This document shows, in pieces, positions 46,567-64,000 of a stretch of 64,000 nt of DNA (its first letter is position 1; every line of letters begins with the position of its first letter). Both the position numbers and the translations under genes were made by a program. Source of the stretch: Anolis carolinensis (taxonomy: Eukaryota). A model generated the notes under the pieces. It saw nothing but the letters and a program-made list of their open reading frames with translations, was not told where the DNA came from and did not search any database. The stretch spans positions 20,126,782-20,190,781 of the forward strand of contig NC_085842.1 in NCBI RefSeq assembly GCF_035594765.1, given 5' to 3'.

Positions 46567-46756
46567 CCCTATTCAATGACCAGTTCCATTCCAGCCCTGC
46601 ATCTTTGCTTTCACAACTCTTCCTCTTTTAAAAACTGAATGTTGTATAATACTCTTTTTTCTTTCAGTTTTCCAGGTGGTAAGCTCCAGGCAGATGTTTA
46701 GACTGCTGCAGTAGACTCTAGAATTTCCCACCATTTCAGGCTGGTATTGTCCGAGG

Positions 46757-50791
<4,035 letters not shown>

Positions 50792-52463
50792 AAATGTACA
50801 GAATGCAATAAGAGTTTCAGCAACGGGTCGACCTTTGTCAGACATAAGAGAATCCACACCAGAGGATTGCAGGAAGGGCTTTAGCTAAACTACTAGCCTA
50901 ACTTTACATCAGAGAATCTATGGAGAGAGAATATGCCACACAAAAATCAACATTTGCTGAATGCTGGCATGGCTGTATTAGTCCTTTCAATGAATGGAAT
51001 GGACAGTCTATTGGCATCTTAAAAAGGAACACCCTATACCAGCCATCCTCAAACCTTTTAAGCAGAGGGCCAGTTCATGGTCCCTCAGAGTGTTGGGAGG
51101 CTGCAACTACCTTGGATTCACAAACAACAGTTAGATTGGCTAACAAACGAACAAAGGGAGAGGTTACATTTTCCCTCAGCATTCACACACAGGTACATGT
51201 ATCCATCTTCATGCATACAAATATTACTATCTCTTTTCTCCCTCCTTGGAGAAGCACCTGCTTAGGCCAGGCCCTGCTTTTCCTGCAGCTGCCAGCACAA
51301 AACTCCAAAATGGATCTTTTTTCCCTAAGAACAATGCCAAGGATCAGACCCCTATTTCCATACAGCAGAACTGACTCTCTGCAACGCATATCGTGACTCC
51401 AGAATGCACTCCTTCCTCTTCCCATGAGAAAAGGAGGCCCCAAAAGGGACCAGACTGCTTCCCTGGAAATCTGCCACTTTCCCATACTCCATCTCCACTG
51501 AGCATGGCGAGTGAACATCGTTGCTGTCTGTCACATTTTCTGGATTGTCATAAGGTCACCTATATAGCAATATTTTGCTGATGTTGTCCTAAGGTTGTAA
51601 ATGAATGATAGACATCTTCCATCCTGGCTCCATCTCAGTTTCCTGCCCAGATGTTGACTCTTCTTCATTGGTGTTGGCCTTGTGTTGACTTCCTTCTTAA
51701 TAGTTATAAATGTTTCCTCAACTTGATGTAAACATTTCTCTTATCATTGTCACTGTTCTTATCACAGATGACCAGGCAGGTCAACTACTTCAGCTCTCAT
51801 TAGCAGCTTTTAATTACAGTTCAGCGAGCAGGTAGTTAGTCATTGTAGGCCTTAATATTTTAGACTGGTGTCTCCAAAATGTAGCTCTCATTCATTCATC
51901 TTCCATTTGGTTCATTCATACCCACACATAATATCAAATCCACATTTATCAAATCTGCACTTCATGTTTTGTAACGTAGAAGGGCCCTTAGTCATGCGGC
52001 CTTCCCATTTTCCTCTCAACTTTCTATGCACCAAGTATAGCTGTCTTTTCCAGTGAATCGCCATCTCCATATTAGCCTTTGAGACTTCTAGTGATGGTTC
52101 ACACTGGATTTGCTATTGATGCCCAATAGCAAATCTAATATACCGAAAACGGGTGCCACATTTCAAATTAGGTGATTTGTAGTTCTTTTCTCACGCCTCA
52201 GTCTTTCAGCCACACTGGAGATCCACCTCTCGTTCACCCCCTCCCGCCACAAATGCTCTTTGGTCTAAATGCCTCCGCCTGATGTAGTTCTCATAGGAAG
52301 TTCTGTCTTGAGCTGAGCATCAGTCTTGGCCGTAACCAGGGGCTGAGCATGAACTCCAAAGCTCTTGCCGAAAGCCTGGGGTAGGAAGTGTGTGATCTTA
52401 GGGAGCCTCCAGTTGGGACAAATGTGTGGGGAGTGAATATTTGGGAAGGATTTCAGAAGTGGG

Positions 52464-53050
52464 ACCAGGGTTCAAATCTCCACTCAGCTGTGAAACTCAA
52501 GTCAGTGACCTTGGGCAAATCACACTCTCTCAGCCCCTGTAGAAGGCAGGGCAACTCCTCCCGCAAAATAAAGATTGCCAGGAAAACCTATGCTAGGTTC
52601 ACTGTAGGATGGGCAAAAGTCATAAACAATTGGAAGGGACTCAAAGATTTTAAAAATACAAATGCCCTAAAGCACCAGATGCCATCTGCCCTGGGAAGCT
52701 AAGCAGGGTCAGCCCTGGTTGGTACTTGGATGGGAGACCCCAACACACCCCAAGTGTCCTGGGCTGTATCTCAGAGGAGGAACTGTTGAGACCACCTCTG
52801 AGTTACTCCTGACCTAAGAAGACCCCTCGTGATTCATGGGGCCACAGAAACCCACCAGTGAACAGAAGAAGGCACATGAAGCACCTTAAGACTAAATACC
52901 CTGAAGGCAGTTGATGTGGTCTATCTTGGGAGTTAAGCAGGGTCAGCCTTGGTTTGCACTTGGATGGGAGACCGAGAAGGGGTCCAAAGTGCAGGAGGCT
53001 TCACGGCAGAGGAAACCCACCTTCGTTGCCCCAGAAACCCCTTTGCAATT
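52464..53050 (+). mobile_element. tRNA SINE + two 5S-derived SINEs (unit D)
   Basis: Homologous to 32440-33020. Confidence 0.7.
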
Positions 53051-55326
53051 CAGGGGAACAACATCCATCTCCAGGCAAGATCAGCAGGATAAAGAACAAG
53101 CTGAAAGCCTGGGGACTGAAAGGACGACGAAGGAGGAAGTTATAAAACATTTCATAGAACAAGAACGATGGAGAGGTTAATCGAAATGCAAGAATAAATA
53201 AAACAAAATAATAGATAAAAAATCTAGAACACATAATTTGAAAAAAGCAGACCTGATTTGCACTACTTCTTATGGGTAACGTGGGGAAAGAACTTTATTA
53301 AAACTTTGTCAGAGGAATTTCCTCCCCGTTAAAAAAGCATTTCCTCTCAGCTTCAAAACCCACGTGTTTCCCAGGCTCGGCTCTTCCAGGCATTCTTGTC
53401 CAAGGGAGCGGAGGCTTCTGGGAGTTGAAGTCCAAACCCTGGAGGACCAGAGGCGGCTTGAAGGCAAACCTCCGAGATGTGGACCTACAGGTGGCTAGAG
53501 AGGACTTCCTGCGGTGTTTTGTTTTGGGCGGATGTGACCCGTGTCGTACTCTTCCTGGTCCGGCTTCTCCTCCAAACGCGGCTTCTTGGGAAACTCGTGC
53601 CTTTGGCTTTTCTTTCTGGGAGGATTTTGGAGGAAAAGGAGAAACGCCTGAGGCGGAGTTCCTGGGTTTAGGGGGAATAAGCCGGAGGGAAGAAAGTGAG
53701 GGAAGGCAGGGGAAGGACAGGAAAGGTGAATCTGATGGGAAATGTTTCATCTCCTCCTTTGGAGCAGGATGAGGGAGAGCCGGAGGGCGGGAAGGGGAGG
53801 GTCCTGGGTTCATCTCCACTGGAGAAGGAATGCGGTTCACACCCCTGACCCTGCCTGGGGGATCCTGGGAGTTGCAGTTTTCCAAGGCCTTTCCCTTCTC
53901 TGCCAGAGAGTGCTGGTGCCTCCCCAAACTACAGCTGCCCTGATTCCATAGCCTTGAGCCTGGCAGTTAAAAGGGGCACCGAACTGCATTCACTCGCAGT
54001 GTAAACATACCCTCGATTATCGTGACTACAGGAGAGTCTCGCTTATCCAGACTTTGCTCATCCAACATTCTGTATTATCCAACGCAGTCGGCCTCCTCCC
54101 CGGATCCACCACTGTTTCTCTAGGCAGCAACGCGCAGTGCGCCAACACACCCAACAACAACACAAGTGCAGCCACGCTCCCAAACAAGGGGCAGGCCTCT
54201 TGCAAAACATCATGTGCTGCTGCTTCATTTGTAAAATCATAACATAATTTGATGTTTAATAGGCTTTTCCTTATTCTCTCCTTATTATCCAATGTTCTGC
54301 TGGCCTGTTTATGCTGGATAAGCGAGACTCTACTGTAGTTTAATTCTATATTAAAATGCATTTTTGCTTCTTTTTAGTTGTTTAGTTTTTTAAAGTCGTG
54401 GGCTGCTTTAGGTTCCAATTATGGGAGGAAAAGAGGGATAATAACAAAAACGTTGATCTTTCAGCATCTTTGGAGACTGTGCTTGGATCCGGCCACTGGG
54501 CGGTTCTGTCACTCCATCTCCCTGCCGAAGAGCTTTCTTTCTTCATAATCTTCCTCCTGTTTTCTGACCAAATGCAGAGCCTAAACACCTCCCTTTTAAT
54601 GCAGTTCCTATTTATCAACTCACATTTGTTTTCAAATTGTTAAGTAGGCAGAAGCTGGGCTAAAGGTCAGGAGCTCACACTGACCTGGGCTTCGAACTCT
54701 CAACCTTCTAGTTGCAAGATGTATTACAGCTTGCTGTGCTAAAGCCTGGTCCTATAGCAATGTTCTTCTCCATTTTGGAGGCATCACCTTTCGGCTCCAG
54801 TTTTCAAAATGGCTGCTACTTTCAAAATGACAGTTGCCGCTCACTGGGAGAGCTATCATTCCTATAGCAATGTTCTTCTCCATTTTGGAGGCCACTCCTC
54901 ATGGCTCCAGTTTTCAATGGCTATTTGAAGGCAACCATGAAGCTGATGTGGCCCTTGATGAAAATGGGCTTGACATTCCTGGCCTACGTTCTCCAGGACA
55001 GCTTTGTGCTGACAGAGCCTTTCATTTCAATAAGGTTTGCTATAATCCATACTTTCCTGTTTTGCAGTAAATTCAGGAAAGTTTGCCCCATGGATGCAGT
55101 AGTCAGAGTGTACTGTTTTAACCTTTTCATGGTTCCCTATTTAAAGACCAGTTCCATTCCAGCCCTGCATCTTTGCTTTCTTTACTCTTCCTCTTTAAAA
55201 ACTGAATGTTGTATAATCTTCTTCTTTTTTCTTTCAGTTTTCCAGGCGGTAAGCTCCAGGTGTATGTTTAGATTGCCGCAGTAGACTCTACCATTTCCCA
55301 GCATTTCAGGCTAGTATTGTCCGAGG

Positions 55327-59007
<3,681 letters not shown>

Positions 59008-60698
59008 AAATGTACAGAATGCAATAAGAGTTTCAGCAACGGGTCGACCTTTGTCAGACATAAGAGAATCCACACCAGAGGGAAACCATACTCCTAATCA
59101 GATTGCAGGAAGGGCTTTAGCAAAACGACTAGCCCGACCTTACGTCAGAGAATCCATGGTGAGAGAAGATGCCACACAAAAATCAACATTTGCTGGATGC
59201 TGGCATGGCTGTTAGTCCTTTCAACGAATGGAACGGACAGTCTAGTGGCATCTTAAAAAGGAACACCCTATACCAGCCATCCTCAAACCTTTTAAGCAGA
59301 GGGCCAGTTCATGGTTCCTCAGAGTGTTGGGAGGCTGCAACTACATTGGATTCACAAACAACAGTTAGATTGGCTAACAAACGAACAAAGGGAGAGGTTA
59401 CATTTTCCCTCAGCATTCACACACAGGTACATGTATCCATCTTCATGCATACAAATAGTACCATCTCTTTCCTCCCTCCTTGGAGAAGCACATGCTTAGG
59501 CCAGGCCCTGCTTTTCCTGCAGCTGCCAACGCAAAACTCCAATATTGATCTTTTTTCCCTAAGAACAATGCCAAGGATCAGACCCCTATTTCCATACAGC
59601 AGAACTGCCTCTCTGCAACGCATATCGTGACTCCAGAATGCACTCCTTCCTCTTCCCATGAGAAAAGGAGGCCCCAAAAGGGACCAGACTGCTTCCCTGG
59701 AAATCTGCCACTTTCCCATACTCCATCTCCACTGAGCATGGCGAGTGAACAGCGCTGCTGTCTGTCACACTTTCTGGATCGTCATAAGGTCACCTATATA
59801 GCAATATTTTGCTGATGTTGTCCTAAGGTTGTAAATGAATGATCGACATCTTCCATCCTGGCTCCATCTCAGTTTCCTGCCCAGATGTTGACTCTTCTTC
59901 ATTGGTGTTGGCCTTGTGTTGACTTCCTTCTTAATAGTTATAAATGTTTCCTCAACTTGATGTAAACATTGCTCTTATCATTGTCACTGTTCTTATCACA
60001 GACGACCAGGCAGGTCAACTACTTCAGCTCTCAAGAGCAGCTTTTAATCACAGTTCAGCAAGCAGGTAGTAAGTCATTGTAGGCCTTAATATTTTAGACT
60101 GGTGTCTCCAAAATGTAGCTCTCATTCATTCATCTTCCATTCGGTTCATTCATACCCACACATAATATCAAATCCACATTTATCAAATCTGCACTTCATG
60201 TTTTGTAACGTAGAAGGGCCCTTAGTCATGCGGCCTTCCCCTTTTCCTCTCAACTTTCTATGCACCAAGTATAGCTGTCTTTTCCAGTGAATCATCTTCT
60301 CCATATTGGCCTTTGAGACTTCTAGTGATGGTTCACACTGGATTTGCTATTGATGCCCAATAGCAAATCTAATATACCGAAAACGGGTGCCACATTTCAA
60401 ATTAGGTGATTTGTAGTTCTTTTCTCACGCCTCAGTCTTTCAGCCGGAATGGAGATCCACCTCTCGTTCACCCTCGTCCCGCCACAAATGCTCTTTGGTC
60501 TAAATGCCTCCGCCTGATGTAGTTCTCATAGGAAGTTCTGTCTTGAGCTGAGCATCAGTCTTGGCCGTAACCAGGGGCTGAGCATGAACTCCAAAGCTCT
60601 TGCCGAAAGCCTGGGGTAGGAAGTGTGTGATCTTAGGGAGCCTCCAGTTGGGACAAATGTGTGGGGAGTGAATATTTGGGAAGGATTTCAGAAGTGGG

Positions 60699-61285
60699 AC
60701 CAGGGTTCAAATCTCCACTCAGCTGTGAAACTCAACTCAGTGACCTTGGGCACGTCACACTCTCTCAGCCCCTGTAGAAGGCAGGGCAACTCCTCCCGCA
60801 AAACAAAGATTGCCAGGAAAACCTATGCTAGGTTCACTGTAGGACGGGCAAAAGTCATAAACAATTGAAAGGGACTCAAAGATTTTAAAAATACAAATGC
60901 CCTAAAGCACCAGATGCCATCTGCCCTGGGAAGCTAAGTAGGGTCAGCCCTGGTTGGTACTTGGATGGGAGACCCCAACACACCCCAGGTGTCCTGGGCT
61001 CTGTTTCGGAGGAGGAACGGGTAAAGCCACCTTTGAGTTACTTTTTACTTTAAAAAGACCCCTTCCAATTCATGTGGCCACAGAAACCCAACAGTGAATG
61101 GGAGGCAGAGGGTGCACCTTAAGACTACATAGCGTGAAGGCAGTTGATGTAATCTATCTGGGGAGCTCAGCAGGGTCAGCCTTGGTTTGCACTTGGATGG
61201 GAGATCGACAATGGGCGCAAAGTGCAGGAGGCTTCACGGCAGAGGAAACCCACCTTCTTTGCCCCAAGAAAACCCTTTGTAATTC
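60699..61285 (+). mobile_element. tRNA SINE + two 5S-derived SINEs (unit E)
   Basis: Homologous to 32440-33020. Confidence 0.7.
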
Positions 61286-61401
61286 AGGGGGAACATCATC
61301 CATCTACAGGGAAGTTCAGCAGCACACCTTGGATAAATAAGAACAGGCAGAGAGAAAGCTTGGGGACTGAAAGGGGAATTCATAAAACACTTTATAGAAC
61401 A

Positions 61402-63549
61402 CTAGCTGTGCCCGGCCACGTGTTGCTGTGGCGAAGTCTGGTGGTATGGGAAATAAAGTATTGAGGAATTTGTGGTAGTTAAGGTAAAAGGTAAAGGTTT
61501 TCCCCAGACATTAAGTCCAGTCGTGTCTTACTCTGGAGGTTGGTGCTCATCTCCATTTCTAAGCCGAAGAGCCGGCGTTGTCCGTAAACTCCTCCAAGGT
61601 CATGTGGGATGACTACATGGAACGGCGTTACCTTCCCGCCGGAGCAGTACCTATTGATGCACTCACATTTGCATGTTTTCAAACTTCTGGGTTGGCAGTA
61701 GCTGAGGCTAACAGTGGGGGCTCTCTCCGCTCCCCCAATTCAAACCTGTGGCCTTTCGGTCCAGAAGTTCAGCAGCTCAGCGCTTTAACATGCTGCGCCA
61801 TCAGGGGATATTATTTCCTAAAGGTTGTGAATATACAATATTTCTGATTGGTTTTTTTTGTTTGTTGGAGGCAAGTATGAATGCTGCAATTAGGAAAAAT
61901 GATTAGGATGTAATGGCCTTGCAGCTTTAAAGCCTGGCTGTTTCCTCCCTGAGTGAATTTTTTGTTGGGAGGTGTTAGCTGGCCCTGATTGTTTCCTGTC
62001 TGGAATTCCCTTGTTTTCAGAGTGGTGTTGTTTGCGATATTTTATGTGCTTCTACTGTCTGTGGCCCTGAGAAAACAGAGGATTTTCCAGACTTTGATGA
62101 TGGGAATACTTTGTTGGGAGGTGTTAGCTGGCCCTGATTGTTTCCTGTCTGGAATTCCCTTGTTTTCAGAGTGGTGTTGTTTGCGATATTTTATGTGCTT
62201 CTACTGTCTGTGGCCCTGAGAAAACAGGATTTGCCAGACTTTGATGATGGGAATACTTTGTTGGGAGGTGTTAGCTGGCCCTGATTGTTTCCTGTCTGGA
62301 ATTCCCCTGTTTATTTACTGTCCTGGTTTTAGAGATTATATTGTTCTGCATTATTCTATCCCAGTAATTATTTCATATTAAAGAAAAATCTCACTTATCC
62401 AACATTCGCTTATACAATGTTCTGGATTATCCAACGCAGTCTGCCTTTTCATAATGTTTTTGTAGTCAGTGTTTTAAATTCATTGTGATATTTTAGTGGT
62501 AAATTTGTAAATACAGTACAGTAGAGTCTCACTCCAACATAAATGGGCCGGCAGAACGTTGGATAAGCGAATATGTTGGATAATGAGGAATTAAGGATAA
62601 CCCTATTAAACATCAAATTAGGTTATGATTTTACAAATTAAGCACCAAAACATCATGTTATACAACAAATTTGACAGAAAAAGTAGTTCAGTACACAGTA
62701 ATGCTATATAGTAATTACTGTATTTATGAATTTAGCACCAAAATATCACGATATATTGAAAGCATTGACTACAAAAATGTGTTGGATAATCCAGAACGTT
62801 GGATAAGCAAGTGTTGGATAAGTGAGACTCTACTGTAAATACTACATAGCATTACTGCGCAAGGAACTACTTTTTCTGTCAAATTTGTTGTATAACATGA
62901 TGTTTTGGTGCTTAATTTGTATAACGATTACCTAATTTGATGTTTAATTGGCTTTTCCTGAATCCCTTCTTATTATCCAACATATTCACTTATCCTGCCG
63001 GCCTGTTTACATTGGATAAGTGAGACTCTACTGTATATTGATAATCTTATATTATCTGATCAGAACTGGATTATCTGAGGCCCCTTCTTCACAGCTGTAT
63101 AAAATGCACACTGAAGTGGATTATATGGTAGTGTGGAGTCAAGATAATCCAGTGCAAAGCAGATAATATAAGATTATAAATGGGTTATATAGCTGTGTTG
63201 AAGGGCCTTGAGTCTACACTGCCATATAATCCAGTGCAAATTAGATAATCTGTGGAAGAAGCCTCAGTGAGGCCTAAATCTGCCTGTGCCCTAACTGAAA
63301 CCTGGCTGTCCCTTGGTTGCTAGGCAACCAAGTGGGCAGAGATTAGCCCTCTAAACTGGCAGCAATTGGATAAAAAAAATTATTGCTCTCCCTCTAATTA
63401 GGACTTTATTTTTATTTTCTTTTTGTTGTATCAACCTTGAGGCGTGGATGATGGGTTGTGTTGTCAAATTTTGAGGTTGGGGGGCCTGTACTTTTGTTGT
63501 TTTGTGAATTGCCGTGATGCCATCACTCTTTTATATATATAGAAGAAGA
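61402..63549 (-). mobile_element. Non-autonomous composite Helitron (2.15 kb)
   Basis: Inserted between A61401 and T63550 with no TSD (empty site TTTATAGAACA|TAAGAACG at ~36340). Minus strand has 5' TC and 3' hairpin + CTAG. Cargo: Sauria SINE ~61480-61806, 147-149-bp tandem repeat 61962-62310, Tc1 MITE 62519-62835 and partial copies. Confidence 0.9.
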
Positions 63550-64000
63550 TAAGAACGGTGAAAAGGTTAATCGAAATACAAGAATAAATAAAATAAAATA
63601 ATAAATTAAAATTCTAGAATACATCATTTGAAAAAAACAGTCCTGATTTGCACTACTTCTTATGGGTAATATGGGGAAAGGTACTTCATTAAAACTTTGT
63701 CAGAGGAATTTCCTCCCCGTTAAAAAAGCATTTCCTCTCAGCTTCAAAACCCACGTGTTTCCCAGGCTCGGCTCTTCCAGGCATTCTTGTCCAAGGGAGC
63801 GGAGGCTTCTGGGAGTTGAAGTCCAAAGCCTGGAGGACCAGAGGCGGCTTGAAGGCAAACCTCCGAGATGTGGACCTACAGGTGGCTAGAGAGGACTTCC
63901 TGCGGAGTTTTGATTTGGGCGGATGTGGCCCGTGTCCCCTCTTCCTGGTCCGGCTTCTCCTCCAAACGCGGCTTCTTGGGAAACTCGTGCCTTTGGCTTT
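63550..64000 (+). promoter_or_regulatory. Promoter/first-exon region of a sixth unit (runs off the window)
   Basis: Nearly identical to 44141-44590. Confidence 0.7.

Overview
Eukaryotic, repeat-rich vertebrate DNA. It is almost certainly squamate and probably Anolis-like, inferred from Sauria SINEs, 5S-derived SINEs, CR1, RTE, Penelope and Helitron families. 1-2.6 kb: two paralogous RNI-like LRR coding segments, the second probably disrupted. 4.9-7.2 kb: an inverted, 5'-truncated copy of a zinc-finger gene end next to a 1.4-kb foldback. 8.3-13.9 kb: an intact full-length CR1 LINE on the minus strand, with a 4.3 x 267-bp monomer 5' UTR; its ORF2 lies in the -1 frame behind a U_UUA_AAC slippery heptamer. 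16-64 kb: a tandem array of five intact genes (A-E) plus the promoter of a sixth, at ~8-11 kb spacing. Each gene has three coding exons encoding an extended gypsy-capsid-like SCAN domain, an acidic linker and 5-8 C2H2 fingers, with no KRAB. The copies differ mainly in finger number and recognition-helix residues and are mosaics of one another. Superimposed on this are composite non-autonomous Helitrons, MITEs, SINEs, an RTE with a 12-bp TSD, Penelope fragments with hammerhead-ribozyme cores and several local inversions. All coordinates and alignments were read by eye; family names come from recalled consensus features, not database searches.
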